From: Alphaproteobacteria bacterium
Lineage (GTDB): Bacteria > Pseudomonadota > Alphaproteobacteria > UBA828
Reading direction: 5' to 3'
DNA length: 64,000 bases
Assembly: GCA_965220745.1 (NCBI GenBank)
Contig: CBDCQT010000007.1
Location: 224,001-288,000 of the forward strand
The translations under genes and the position numbers were made by a program. Position 1 is the first letter of the stretch, and every line of letters begins with the position of its first letter. The notes below the pieces were generated by a model. It saw nothing but the letters and a program-made list of their open reading frames with translations, was not told the origin of the DNA and did not search any database. This document shows, piece by piece, positions 11,959 to 24,900 of this stretch.

Positions 11959-12181
11959 ATGCCTGAGTATGAGGCGCCCGCTCGCTGCGAGTCCAGCGAT
12001 CCGGTCGCCGATCGGGGAGCGAAAGCCTCGTCCGACCGCCCGCCCAACGACACGAGGTCGTGATTGGCGATACTCATTGGCGCGACTCATGTTATGCCCT
12101 ACTGGCTTGGCACAACGATGCCGGCCCGCTGCGTGCGCGGGGCACAGGAACCCTGCGCCAACGTCAGGAGGAGATGGACCG

Positions 12182-14047
12182 GTGAGACTCAGCAGAAGAC
12201 GCTTCGTTCAGGCCTCCGCCATCGCCGTCGCGTCGTCGATCGCGCCAGTGTCGTACCTTGCCGGGAGCAGGGCGACCGAGGCGGCATCCCCCGCCCACGG
12301 GCTCTCGCTCTTCGGCGACCTGAAATACGGCCCCGACTTCCCGCACTTCGAGTACGTGGACCCTAATGCGCCCAAGGGCGGCCTGCTGCACCTCGCCACG
12401 GTCGATACCTACAGCACGCTCAATCCCTTCACGCTGAAGGGCACGAGCGCGGCTGGAGCCGGCCTGCCCTTCGAGAGCCTGCTCGAAGGCTCGGCAGACG
12501 AAGCGGACGCGGCCTACGGGCTGGTCGCCCAGAGCGTCGCGCTTGCGCCCGACCGGCTCAGCGTCCGCTTCCTTCTGCGGCCCGAGGCGCGCTGGCACGA
12601 CGGCACCCCGATCACGGCCCGCGATGTCGCGTTCTCCTTCGAGATCCTCACCACCGAGGGCCATCCCGCCTTCGCCAACCAGCTTGCCGGCGTCGACCGG
12701 GTCGAGACCACTGGCGATCACGAGGTTACGTTCCATCTCGCCGACCCCGACAACCGCAAGCTGCCGCTGATCGTGGGCGGGCTCTCCATCGTCTCCGAAG
12801 CCTATTACCGGGACCACGCGTTCGGTGAGACGACGATGGAGCCGCCGCTCGGCAGCGGCGCCTATCGCATCGCCAAGGTCGATCCGGGCCGCTCCGTCAC
12901 CTACGAGCGCGTGGCGGACTATTGGGGTGCCGGGCTCCCGCTCAATGCCGGCCGCTATAATTTCGACACCATCACCTACGACTACTATCGCGACCGCACG
13001 GTGCTGGTGGAGGCACTCAAGGCCGGCGAATTCGACGTCCACGAGGAGTTCACGTCCAAGGTCTGGGCGACGCAATACGACATCCCAGCCGTCGAGGAAG
13101 GATGGCTCATCAAGGATGTGCTGAAGGACAACACGCCGTCGGGTGTGCAGGCCTTCTTCTTCAACACACGCCTGCCCAAGTTCCAGGACCGCCGCGTGCG
13201 CGAGGCGTTCGCCTACGCCTTCGACTTCGAGTGGCTCAACAAGAACCAGTTCTATGGGCTCTACGACCGCATGGCGAGCTACTTCGAGAATTCGGAGCTC
13301 GCGGCGCGCGGCCTGCCGTCCGAGGCCGAGGTCGCCCTGCTCGATCCCCACTGGGGCGCCGTGCCGGAGGAGGTCTTCACCAAGGCCTTCGTGCCGCCTG
13401 CGACCGACGGCTCCGGCAACAACCGGCGCAACCTGCGCGCCGCACGCGCCCTGCTCGAGGAGGCCGGCTGGGTCACGGAAGAAAGAAAACTCGTTAACGC
13501 CGAAACCGGCGAGCCGATGACGGTCGAGTTCCTCTACTTCGAGCCCACCTTCGAGCGCATCTACGCGGCCTTCGCCCGCAGTCTGGAGCGCCTCGGCGTG
13601 GGCGTCACGCTCCGTCTCGTTGACGGCGCGCAATACGAGGAGCGGCTCAAGACCCACGATTTCGAGATCACGACGATCCGCTTCGTGTTCAGCCTCTCGC
13701 CCGGCGCCGAGCTCAACTCCTACTTCGCGTCCAGCACCGTGGATCAGGTCGGCTCGTTCAACATCGCCGGCATCGATGACCCGGTGATCGATGCGCTGAT
13801 CGCCGAGGTCGCCGCCGCGACCGACCGGCCAAGCTTGATCGCCGCGGCCCGCGCGCTCGACCGCGTGCTGCTCTGGGGCCACTACATGATCCCGCAGTGG
13901 TACAAGGGGGCACATCATCTTGTATACTGGAACAAGTTCGACCGGCCGGCGCTCAAGCCCCGCTACGCGCGGGGCATCATCGACACCTGGTGGGTCGATC
14001 GGGAGAAGGACGACGCCTTGAGAGCCTACCGCGAAGGCACGGCGTGA
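12182..14047 (+). CDS. yejA: Peptide ABC transporter substrate-binding protein (YejA-like) with Tat signal
   Basis: GTG start after AGGAGG. Twin-arginine SRRRFV, KYGPDFPHFEYVDPNAPKGG, LGSGAY, RALDRVL. First gene of a yejABEF-type operon. Confidence 0.88.
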   Translation: MRLSRRRFVQASAIAVASSIAPVSYLAGSRATEAASPAHGLSLFGDLKYGPDFPHFEYVDPNAPKGGLLHLATVDTYSTLNPFTLKGTSAAGAGLPFESLLEGSADEADAAYGLVAQSVALAPDRLSVRFLLRPEARWHDGTPITARDVAFSFEILTTEGHPAFANQLAGVDRVETTGDHEVTFHLADPDNRKLPLIVGGLSIVSEAYYRDHAFGETTMEPPLGSGAYRIAKVDPGRSVTYERVADYWGAGLPLNAGRYNFDTITYDYYRDRTVLVEALKAGEFDVHEEFTSKVWATQYDIPAVEEGWLIKDVLKDNTPSGVQAFFFNTRLPKFQDRRVREAFAYAFDFEWLNKNQFYGLYDRMASYFENSELAARGLPSEAEVALLDPHWGAVPEEVFTKAFVPPATDGSGNNRRNLRAARALLEEAGWVTEERKLVNAETGEPMTVEFLYFEPTFERIYAAFARSLERLGVGVTLRLVDGAQYEERLKTHDFEITTIRFVFSLSPGAELNSYFASSTVDQVGSFNIAGIDDPVIDALIAEVAAATDRPSLIAAARALDRVLLWGHYMIPQWYKGAHHLVYWNKFDRPALKPRYARGIIDTWWVDREKDDALRAYREGTA

Positions 14048-14184
14048 AGGCCGGAGAGGGCCACCGGCGACCCCGCCGGTCCTGTAGCCCGGCCGTCGTG
14101 CCACCCGGTCGGCCGATGCCGAGAGAGGGCGGGTGCTGAAGAAGCAAGAGCACGCCGCTTAGCACCGCACGCGCCGCGACAGCC

Positions 14185-15294
14185 ATGTTCGCCTACATCG
14201 TCCGCCGACTGCTGCTGATCATCCCGACGCTGTTCGCGATCATGGTGATCAACTTCGCGATCATCCAGATCGCGCCCGGCGGCCCAGTGGAGCAGGCAAT
14301 CGCGGAGCTCACAGGCAGCGCCGTGGGCGCGACGGCGCGTATTTCCGGCGCGGGCCCCGGCGAGGTGGGGACGGAGAGCCAGTTCGACATCTCGCAACGC
14401 GCCGACACGAGCAAGTACCGCGGCGCCCGCGGCCTCGACCCCGAGCTGATCGAGCGGCTGGAGAAGGAGTACGGCTTCGACAAGCCGCCGCTCGAGCGCT
14501 TCCTCCACATGATGGGCCAGTACGTGCGCTTCGACTTCGGGTCCAGCTTTTTCCGCGACGACCGCGTGGTCGATCTGGTCCTCGACAAGCTGCCGGTCTC
14601 GATCTCGCTCGGGCTCTGGACCACGCTGCTGGCCTATCTGATCTCGATTCCCTTGGGTATCGCCAAGGCGGTGCGCGACGGCCAGCGCTTCGACGTCTGG
14701 ACCAGCGGGGTCATCATCGTCGGCTACGCGATCCCAAACTTCATCTTCGCGATCCTGCTGATCGTGCTCTTCGCGGGCGGCAGCTACGTGGATTGGTTCC
14801 CGCTGCGTGGACTTGTCTCCAACGATTTTGGGGAGCTCTCGCTGCTCGGCAAGATCGAGGACTATTTCTGGCACCTCGCGCTGCCGATCCTGGCGATGGC
14901 GGTGAGCGGCTTCGCCACCACCACGATGCTGACCAAGAACTCCTTCCTGGATCAGATCAGCCAGCACTACGTCATCACCGCGCGCGCCAAGGGGCTGACG
15001 GAACGCCGCGTGCTCTACGGCCACGTCTTCCGCAACGCGATGCTGATCATCATCGCCGGACTACCCGGCGCTTTCATCGGCATCCTGTTCACCGGCGTGC
15101 TCCTGATCGAGGTCATCTTCTCGCTCGATGGGCTGGGGCTCCTGGGTTTCGAATCCCTGCTCAAGCGGGACTACCCGATCATCTTCGGCACTCTCTTCTT
15201 CTTCACGCTGCTCGGGCTCGTCGTGAACCTGATCGGCGATCTCATGTACGTCATCATCGACCCCCGCATCGACTTCGAGACGCGGGAGGTGTGA
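14185..15294 (+). CDS. yejB: Peptide ABC transporter permease YejB
   Basis: [40 protein letters not shown]. Confidence 0.93.
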   Translation: MFAYIVRRLLLIIPTLFAIMVINFAIIQIAPGGPVEQAIAELTGSAVGATARISGAGPGEVGTESQFDISQRADTSKYRGARGLDPELIERLEKEYGFDKPPLERFLHMMGQYVRFDFGSSFFRDDRVVDLVLDKLPVSISLGLWTTLLAYLISIPLGIAKAVRDGQRFDVWTSGVIIVGYAIPNFIFAILLIVLFAGGSYVDWFPLRGLVSNDFGELSLLGKIEDYFWHLALPILAMAVSGFATTTMLTKNSFLDQISQHYVITARAKGLTERRVLYGHVFRNAMLIIIAGLPGAFIGILFTGVLLIEVIFSLDGLGLLGFESLLKRDYPIIFGTLFFFTLLGLVVNLIGDLMYVIIDPRIDFETREV

Positions 15295-15297
15295 GCG

Positions 15298-16322
15298 GTG
15301 GCGCTCTCGCCCATCACGCGGCGCAGGTTCTACAACTTCCGCGCCAACCGCCGCGGCTACATCTCGTTCTGGATCTTCCTCGCGCTGCTGCTGTTCACGC
15401 TGTTTGCGGAGTTCATCGCCAACGACAAGCCCATCGTCTTAAGCTACGACGGTGATCTCCACTTCCCGATTTTCTTCGAGTACGCGGAGACCGAGTTCGG
15501 CGGCGACTTCGAGACCGAGGCGGACTATCGCGATCCCTTCGTCGCCGAGCTGATCGAAGAGAAGGGGTGGATGGTCTGGCCGCTCATCCCCTACAGCTAC
15601 CGGACCATCAACTACGACCTGCCGGTGCCGGCACCGGCACCGCCATCCGCCGACAATTGGCTCGGCACAGACGACCAAGGGCGGGACGTGCTCGCCCGCG
15701 TGATCTACGGCTTCCGATTATCGGTCCTGTTCGGCCTGATTCTCACCGCGGCCGCGTCCGTCATCGGCATCGCCGCGGCCGCGGTGCAGGGCTTCTTCGG
15801 CGGCTGGATCGACCTCACTTTCCAGCGCTTCATCGAGGTTTGGTCCGGGCTGCCACAGCTCTTCATCCTGATCATCCTGTCCAGCATCATCGAGCCCAAC
15901 TTCTGGGTCCTGCTGGTGATCCTGCTGCTGTTCAGCTGGATGGCGCTGGTGGGCGTGGTGCGCGCCGAGTTCCTGCGGGTGCGCAACTTCGACTATATCC
16001 GCGCGGCCCGCGCGCTCGGCGTCGGCAACATCGCGATCATCTTCCGCCACGGTCTGCCTAACGCGATGGTCTCCGCCGTCACCTTCCTGCCTTTCATCCT
16101 GGTGGGCTCGATCACGTCGCTGACTTCGCTCGACTTCTTGGGCTTCGGCCTGCCGCCGGGCGAGCCCTCGCTGGGTGAGTTGCTGCGCCAGGGCAAGGCC
16201 AACCTGCAGGCGCCCTGGCTCGGCATCGTGAGCTTCGTGGTGCTCGCGCTCATGCTGAGCCTGCTGATCTTCATCGGCGAGGCCGTGCGCGACGCCTTCG
16301 ACCCGCGCAAGCTGGTGGGCCG

Positions 16323-16326
<4 letters not shown>
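15298..16326 (+). CDS. yejE: Peptide ABC transporter permease YejE
   Basis: FRANRRG, LGTDDQGRDVLAR, SLDFLGFGLP, GEAVRDAFDPR. Confidence 0.93.
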
Positions 16327-17972
<1,646 letters not shown>

Positions 17973-17995
17973 GCGCTCCGATCAGAAAGCCTGTA

Positions 17996-18214
17996 TCAGG
18001 ATTGATCGTCGAAGACGGACATTCGCTTGATCGAAGATGCGCGACGCTCGGCCCGAGCCTCCCGCGCCCAAGCCTCGACGTCGATGCCGCGCGCCTTCAC
18101 CGAAGCCTGCAGCTTGTCGAGGGCTTCCAGCTTCTTTTGCGCGCGTGGGCTTACGCTGCGTTCTACCACGCGCATCGTCTTGGATTCCCGCGAAGAGATT
18201 GGCTCATCATTCAT
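17996..18214 (-). CDS. Small hypothetical protein, possible orphan type II antitoxin, probably leaderless
   Basis: 72-aa charged, helical-looking ORF. TTGACG-N17-TATCAC immediately upstream places a TSS near ATG 18214. Alternative start 18235. Confidence 0.5.
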   Translation of the reverse strand: MNDEPISSRESKTMRVVERSVSPRAQKKLEALDKLQASVKARGIDVEAWAREARAERRASSIKRMSVFDDQS

Positions 18215-18220
18215 GAAATT

Positions 18221-18249
18221 GTGATATATCGCCATACCCTGTTCGTCAA
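18221..18249 (-). promoter_or_regulatory. Putative sigma70 promoter with overlapping palindrome GATATATC
   Basis: Minus strand TTGACG (18249-18244), 17-nt spacer, TATCAC (18226-18221). Palindrome at 18223-18230. Confidence 0.5.
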
Positions 18250-18270
18250 GTTAGCAAGCCGACTGCGACC

Positions 18271-19455
18271 TCACGTCTCCGCGAAATACCGCTCCAGGAC
18301 GCCGAGATAGATATCGGCGAGCCGCTCCATCGCCTCCACAGGCACGCATTCGTCGGTGCGGTGCATGGTCCGGCCGATCAGGCCGAACTCGGCAACCGGG
18401 CAGTGGTCCTTGATGAAGCGTGCGTCCGAGGTGCCGCCGGTGGTGCTGAGCGTGGGCGTCATGCCGGTCACGGCAGCGACGGCCTCGGCGATGATCGTGC
18501 TGAGCGGGCCCGGCGGGGTGACGAAGGCCTCGCCCGAAACCTCGGTCGCGAACTCGTAGGGCTCGCCGGTCGCATCGAGGCTCGCGCGAATGGTGCGCTC
18601 GAGGCTCGCCCCGGTGTGACGGTCGTTGAAGCGGACGTTGAAGCGCGCCGCCGCCGCGCCCGGAATGACGTTCGTCGCCTCGTTGCCGACATCGATGGAG
18701 GTGAACTCCAGCTGACTCGGCTGGAAGTGATCCGTGCCCTGGTCCAGTTCCAGCGCGAGCAGGGCATCGAGCAGGGTCACCAGGCGGGGGAGAGGGTTGT
18801 CCGCCAGCGCCGGATAGGCCACGTGTCCCTGACGCCCGGTGACCCGGAGCCTGCCGTTGAGGCTGCCGCGTCGGCCGATCTTCACCATCTCGCCGACCTC
18901 GTCGGGGTTGGTGGGCTCACCCACCAGGCAGACATCGAGGGTCTCGCCCCGGTCCGCGAGCCAGTCCAGCACCTTGCGCGTGCCGTTGATGGCCGGGCCC
19001 TCCTCGTCGCCGGTGATCAGCAGGCTGATGGAGCCGCCGCCTGCGGGGCGCTCGCCGAAGCGCGCCACGGCAGCGACGAAGGCGGCAATCGCCCCCTTCA
19101 TGTCGCTCGCGCCCCGCCCGTAAAGGACGCCGTCCTCCACTTGCGCCGCGAAGGGCTCGCGGGTCCAGCCCGCACGGTCACCCGTCGGCACCACGTCGGT
19201 GTGGCCCGCGAAACAGAAGTTGGGCGCATCTTCGCCCCGCCTCGCGTAGAGGTTGTCGACCCGCGCCGTGCCCGGCTCCTCGAAGGGCAGGCGGTGGCAA
19301 GTAAAGCCGAGTGTCTCGAGCGCGCTCTGGAGTACGTCGAGCGCGCCGGCATCAGCCGGCGTGACGCTCTCGCAGCGGATCAGCGCGCGGGCAAGCGCCA
19401 GCGGATGCGCGAGCGCCTCAGCGCCCGCCAGGTTCTCAGTGTTTGCCTCGCTCAA
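18271..19455 (-). CDS. dapE: Succinyl-diaminopimelate desuccinylase
   Basis: [45 protein letters not shown] start overlapping the dapD stop (TTGA) is inferred. Confidence 0.95.
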   Translation of the reverse strand: MSEANTENLAGAEALAHPLALARALIRCESVTPADAGALDVLQSALETLGFTCHRLPFEEPGTARVDNLYARRGEDAPNFCFAGHTDVVPTGDRAGWTREPFAAQVEDGVLYGRGASDMKGAIAAFVAAVARFGERPAGGGSISLLITGDEEGPAINGTRKVLDWLADRGETLDVCLVGEPTNPDEVGEMVKIGRRGSLNGRLRVTGRQGHVAYPALADNPLPRLVTLLDALLALELDQGTDHFQPSQLEFTSIDVGNEATNVIPGAAAARFNVRFNDRHTGASLERTIRASLDATGEPYEFATEVSGEAFVTPPGPLSTIIAEAVAAVTGMTPTLSTTGGTSDARFIKDHCPVAEFGLIGRTMHRTDECVPVEAMERLADIYLGVLERYFAET

Positions 19456-20297
19456 TTGCGGAGCAGCTCGTTGATCGAGGTCTTGGCCCGAGTGCCCGCG
19501 TCCACCCGCTTGACGATCACCGCACAGTAAAGGCTGGGGCCGGGCAAGCCGTCCGGCAGCGCCTTGCCCGGAATCGAGCCCGGCACGACGACCGAATAGG
19601 ACGGGATGCGCCCGCGATGGACCTCGCCGGTCTCGCGGTCGATCACCCGGGTGGACGCGCCGACATACACGCCCATCGCCAGCACCGCGCCCTGCTCCAC
19701 GATGACGCCTTCGGCCACCTCGCTGCGCGCGCCGACGAAGCAGTCGTCCTCGATGATCACCGGATTCGCCTGTAGCGGCTCCAGCACGCCGCCGATGCCG
19801 GCGCCACCGGAGATGTGGCAGTTCTTGCCGATCTGCGCGCAACTCCCCACCGTGGCCCAGGTGTCGACCATGGTGCCGCTATCCACGTAGGCGCCGATGT
19901 TGACGAAGGAGGGCATCAGCACCACGCCGGGCGCCACGTACGCCGAGCGCCGCACGATGGCGCTGGGCACGGCGCGGAAGCCAGCCTCCTGAAAGCGCGC
20001 CTCGTCCCAGCCCGCGAACTTGGACGGCACCTTGTCGTACCATGACGTATCGGCCCCAGGCCCGCCCGGAATCGTTGCCATGTCGTTGAGCCGGAAGGAG
20101 AGCAGCACCGCCTTCTTGAGCCATTGGTTGACGATCCAGGTGTCGCCCTGCTTCTCCGCGACGCGCGCCTCGCCGGAATCGAGCAGGGCGAGAGCGGTCT
20201 CTACCGCCTCTGCTGCGGCACCGCCGCTCGCGGGCGAGAGCATGTCGCGCTGCTCCCAGGCGGCCTCCACCGCGCGCTCCAGGTCCACTAAGTTCAC
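19452..20297 (-). CDS. dapD: Tetrahydrodipicolinate N-succinyltransferase
   Basis: [50 protein letters not shown] 20297 follows AGGGAGAGG. Confidence 0.97.
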   Translation of the reverse strand: MNLVDLERAVEAAWEQRDMLSPASGGAAAEAVETALALLDSGEARVAEKQGDTWIVNQWLKKAVLLSFRLNDMATIPGGPGADTSWYDKVPSKFAGWDEARFQEAGFRAVPSAIVRRSAYVAPGVVLMPSFVNIGAYVDSGTMVDTWATVGSCAQIGKNCHISGGAGIGGVLEPLQANPVIIEDDCFVGARSEVAEGVIVEQGAVLAMGVYVGASTRVIDRETGEVHRGRIPSYSVVVPGSIPGKALPDGLPGPSLYCAVIVKRVDAGTRAKTSINELLRN

Positions 20298-20320
20298 GGG
20301 CCTCTCCCTTGTTTCGTGCT

Positions 20321-21043
20321 TCAACCGCCCGTGCCGTCCGTCCCTGCCGGCGCTGGCAGCGCAGCAAGCCAGGCGGGAAGATCGTCGGTCACGTAATCCG
20401 GCGTAATTTGGCCCGCGCCGGACGACGCCCAGGCGCTGTCGTTTTGCACCCAGACGGTGGCCATGCCGAGAGCGGCGGCGGGCGCCAGGTTGCGCAGAAT
20501 GTCCTCGAAGAAGATGGCCCGCGTCGGCTCCACGTCATGCACGTCGGCAAGCCGATCATAGGCTTCGGGAAACGGCTTCGGCACCCAGTCGGCGGCCTCG
20601 ATGTCGTAGATGTCGCTGAAATGGTGGCCGATCCCGAGCCGCGCCATCACCCGCTTGGCGTAGGGTGCATCGGCGTTGGTGAAGACCAGCTTGCGGCCGG
20701 GCAACCGGCCAAGCGCCGTCTCCAGCGCCTCGCTCGGCGCAATCGGCGAGAGATCGATGTCGTGCACGTAGTCGAGAAAGGGTGCGGGGTCCATATCGTG
20801 CTTGAGCATGAGGCCGCGCAGGGTGGTGCCGTACTCGCGGAAGTAGCCCTTCTGCAGCTTGTGGGCCTCTTGCCGATCAACGTCGAAGGCGGTGGCGATG
20901 AAGTCGCCGATGCGTTGGCTGACCTGGTCGAAGAGGTGCGAGCTCGACGGATAGAGGGTGTTGTCGAGGTCGAATATCCAGGTGTCGATGTGAGCGAGGT
21001 CGGCGCCGCCCGGTGCCGTGCGCGCGCCGTCGGTCAGTTGCAT
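20321..21043 (-). CDS. Pyrimidine 5'-nucleotidase (HAD superfamily)
   Basis: [26 protein letters not shown] and FFED motifs. Adjacent to dapD. Confidence 0.9.
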   Translation of the reverse strand: MQLTDGARTAPGGADLAHIDTWIFDLDNTLYPSSSHLFDQVSQRIGDFIATAFDVDRQEAHKLQKGYFREYGTTLRGLMLKHDMDPAPFLDYVHDIDLSPIAPSEALETALGRLPGRKLVFTNADAPYAKRVMARLGIGHHFSDIYDIEAADWVPKPFPEAYDRLADVHDVEPTRAIFFEDILRNLAPAAALGMATVWVQNDSAWASSGAGQITPDYVTDDLPAWLAALPAPAGTDGTGG

Positions 21044-21540
21044 TGGCCGCTGGAGCCCTCCGCGCACACCTTGTTGCCGTCGATCCAAGTCGCGCCGCTG
21101 AGGTCGGCCTTGAGAAAATCGGTGCCGTCCAGCCGGGCGCCGGTGAAGTCGGCACCGCGCAGGTCGGCGCGGAAGAAGCGGGCGCGGCGGAGATCGGCGC
21201 CTTCGAACGAGGCGCCAGAGAGATCCGACTTGGTGAAGTCGGTGCCGATCAGGCGCGCGCCGTCCCAGTGCGTATCCACCAGAACGGCGTCGGTGAACTT
21301 GGCGCGCCGGCCGTCAACGGCACTGAAGTCGGCCCGCGTAAGGTCCGAGCGCGCGAAAAATCCGTCACGGAGTGTGGCTCCGGCGAGGTCAACGTCGACA
21401 AAATTGCGGTTGTCGAGAAGGCAGCGCCGCCAATCGACGCCCGGTTGCGGCGTGTCGGTGCACGCGGCCTGCACTCCGGGCGCCGCGAGCGCAAGCGCCG
21501 CCCCGATCAGCCCCGCCAACACGACACTCCCTCGCCTCAT
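21034..21540 (-). CDS. Exported pentapeptide-repeat protein
   Basis: Signal peptide ending VQA-A, tandem A(D/N)LXX-type repeats (SDLTR ADFSA ... SDLSG ASFEG ADLRR), Cys pairs at both ends. Confidence 0.9.
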   Translation of the reverse strand: MRRGSVVLAGLIGAALALAAPGVQAACTDTPQPGVDWRRCLLDNRNFVDVDLAGATLRDGFFARSDLTRADFSAVDGRRAKFTDAVLVDTHWDGARLIGTDFTKSDLSGASFEGADLRRARFFRADLRGADFTGARLDGTDFLKADLSGATWIDGNKVCAEGSSGQCN

Positions 21541-21578
21541 TCTACCAGGCACCGCCTGACTCTATCCTGACGTGCCGC

Positions 21579-21803
21579 TCAGTCGCCCTGTGGGCCCAGT
21601 CTGCCGCCGCCCTCAGGCTCGTCGGGCTCATGATCGATCCGCTTGCCGTCGAGCGCGCCATCGCCCCGCGCTGCCTCGGCCTGCGTTGCTTGCCTCTCCG
21701 CCTTGGTGCGCCCTGTCCGCGCACGGTTCGCCGCGCGTTGCTGCGCCTTGGCCGCCCTGTCGCGCTTCTTGCGGAACTGGTTCAGGTTGACGACATCGCC
21801 CAT
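21579..21803 (-). CDS. DUF4169 family protein
   Basis: MGDVVNLNQFRK...AANRARTGRTKAER...LDGKR matches the family pattern. Confidence 0.85.
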   Translation of the reverse strand: MGDVVNLNQFRKKRDRAAKAQQRAANRARTGRTKAERQATQAEAARGDGALDGKRIDHEPDEPEGGGRLGPQGD

Positions 21804-21987
21804 GACCAAAGGCCTTTCGGTACGCCGGCAAACGTGGTCTAAGAAACGCGGGGCCTCCCATCCGATCAGACCCGTCCGATCGAGAGGCAAGCCTAGACGA
21901 AATGAATCGGGCTGTTAACCGGAGTCGACCGGGCCGGCACCGCTCGGGCAGAGCGCCCGTCCTTCCCGCCCCGAGGCATGGACAACG

Positions 21988-24900
21988 GTGAAATTCGTTT
22001 ACGGCATCGTCGTCCTTCTGGCCCTCGCCGTCGCCGCCCTCTTTCTCGTGCCTTCGTTCCTCGATTGGGAGGGGTTCAAGCCCGAGATCACCGAGCGCCT
22101 CGAAGCCATTACCGGTCGCGAGCTTGCGATTGACGGGCCGCTCAAGGTCTCCATCTTACCGACGCCCAAAATCGAGGCGACCGACCTGCGCCTCGCCAAC
22201 GTACCCGGCGCGGCCAGCCCCGACATGGCGCAGATCGGGTCTCTCAAACTCCGGCTCGCGCTCGGGCCGCTCCTCGGTGGCGAGATTGCAGTCACCGGCC
22301 TCGAGATGGTGGAGCCGGTCATCGAGCTCCAGCGTCTACCCGATGGCAGCCCCAACTGGCTCTTCGAGGGCGTGTCGGCACCGGCGACAGGGGAGGGTGC
22401 CGCGGGGGAACCGGAGGCCGAGCTGGAGCTGACTAGGCTCGACTCCGCGACGATCACGAACGGCACGATCGTCTATTACCATGCCGACGGCCGGCCGTCG
22501 GAGCGGATCGAGGGGATCGACGCCACGCTCTCCGCCCGCTCGCTCGACGGACCCTTCCGTGGAGACGGCACGTTCGCCGTGCGCGGTCGTCCGGTCGCGT
22601 TTCAACTCGCGACGAGCACGCTGCGCGACGACGGCACCATGCCGATCTCGGTCGAAGCGGTCTTTGGCAGCGAGCGCGGCCGCGCGCTGTTCGAAGGCAT
22701 CGTGCGCGGCGATGGCGAGACGCCGGCATTCGACGGCAACGTGCGGATCGAGGCGGCCGATCTTGGCGCCTTGCTGAGCGCGCTCGCCGTCGATCTCGGT
22801 GCGCTGCCTTCAGTACCGCTTGCCGCCGAATTCGACGCCAGGGGAGCCCTCAGCTTGAGCGGCGAGGCGATCGCCGCAGACGAGCTCCAAGCGCGGTTGG
22901 GCGAGAGCCAAGCGACCGGCGCACTCTCCTGGCGAGACGGCGATGTGTCGCAGTTGGCCGCCGACATCGATCTCAACCGGATCGACCTCGACCGGTTCCT
23001 GCCGTCCGAAGATGTGGGCGACGGAGGGCAGCCGGGCGACGAGGCGGCTTTGGTCCCGTTGCAGACGATCTCCGATAACCTTCGACAGGTAATTCCCGCA
23101 GACGTTGCGGCGACGATCAATCTCAAGATCGGCACCCTCACCTGGCGCGAGGGCGTCATCCGTCAGGCCCGGACGCGACTTGTGCTGGACGATGGTGTCG
23201 TCACGCTCCAACCGGCCTCGGCCCTGCTGCCCGGTGGTGCCGACGTCCGGTTCGCCGGCCGGCTGACGCAGGGCGGCGATCTCCCCTGGCTGCAGGGCGT
23301 GGTGGAGATCGCAGCCGACGATCTGCGGGCCATCCTCTCCTGGCTTTCTGTGGACGTGGGCGATGTCCCGGCGGACCGACTCCGTCGCCTCAATGCAAGC
23401 GCCGACCTCTCCGCCATTGGCAATCGGCTGTCGACGACCAACCTCGACGTCAGGATCGATACCACGCGGATCGCCGGCAATGCGGCCATCGCAGCGGACG
23501 AGCGGCCACGCGTCACCGCCGCCCTCGCGGTCAACACGGTCAACGTGGATGCCTACTTGCCCCCCGCTGGCGAGACGGGTGCCGGTTCCGAGGGGACGGC
23601 GAGTCCCGTACCAGAGACCGCAAGCGAAGACGCGTGGGCGGGTCTCGCCAATATCGACGCTGATGTCACACTCAAGATGGATGCGCTGATCTATGACGGC
23701 GTACATGTGGCCGGTCTGGAGCTCGACGCCGCCCACGACGACGGCAACCTGACCCTGCGCCGAGCGCAAGTGGCGGACGTTGCGGGTGCCGGCGTCTCGG
23801 TAAGCGGCACCGCGCACACGGTCTGGTCGGCGCCGACCGTCGATCTCGCGGTGGAGAGCACGGCCGACTCCCTCGAAGGCGTCGTCGCGCTCCTCGACAT
23901 CGACCCTGAGATTCGCACCCGGGCGTTCGGCAAGTTCGCGTTGCAGGGCTCTCTCAAGGGCGATGAGGAATCGCTGTCGCTCGATTTCACCCTTGCGGCC
24001 GGTACTGCAGAGGCTTTGCTTCAAGGCACCGTCGACGATCCGTTCGGCGCGCCTGCCGGCGCTCTTGCGCTCAGCCTCCGCGCATCGAACGCTGCCGCTC
24101 TCGCTCGCACCGCCGGGCTCACGCCGCCCGTCACCTTCGAGCGGCTCGGCAAGCTGGCCGTCGACAGCGAAATCCGCGGCAATCTCGACTCGGCTGCGGT
24201 CGATCTGAGCGCTGAGGCCGCCGGTGCCAGGGTGACGGTTAACGGCAGCGTCACGGAGATGCTGACCTCGCCTGGCTACAGTGTCGACGTCGATCTCGCT
24301 CATCCCAGAGGCGAGGCTCTGGTCGCGACCGTGATCGGAGAAGCGCCGGCAGGCGCCGCTCTTGGCCCTGTCCGCCTCGTCGGCAAGGTTTCAGGGGATC
24401 GGATGGTGGCCAACCTCGCCGGCATCGACGCCGCCATCGGCGAAAGCACGCTGGCTGGCGATATTTTTCTCCGTCTGGACCAGGATCCACCGGCGTTCAG
24501 CGCAGACCTGCGCGCGGGCCTGCTCGACCTCGCCTGGATCGGTGGCGGCCTCGCGGCGGCGGACGGCAACGCGGGGACCGGTATCGAAGTCACCGTACTG
24601 TATTCCGATCGCTGGTCCGATGAGCCGATCGACCTTGCGCTCCTCGATCGGCTCTCCGGCACGCTGACGCTGGCTGCCGAGGCGCTCGTTCTCGGCCCCT
24701 ACCGCATCGAGCAAGCCGATGTCGACATCGCGACGGGCGAGGGAACGCTGACGCTGCGCTCGCTCGGCGGGCGGCTCTTCGGAGGCGCGCTGCGGGCCGA
24801 CGGCAGCCTCGCAGGAGCGCCGGTGCCGGCCGGACAAGCGGCGGTCCAGCTCAACGACGCGAACATCGGCGCCATTCTGCGGGAGACAGCAGGCGGCCGT

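Noticed and set aside
12108-12122. Possible sigma54 promoter TGGCACAACGATGC upstream of yejA
   Set aside because: The GG-to-GC spacing is one base short of the strict -24/-12 requirement.
14048-14184. tRNA, sRNA or third repeat copy in the yejA-yejB gap
   Set aside because: Only an imperfect GC-rich hairpin is present, with no cloverleaf and no similarity to the 11282/57874 element.
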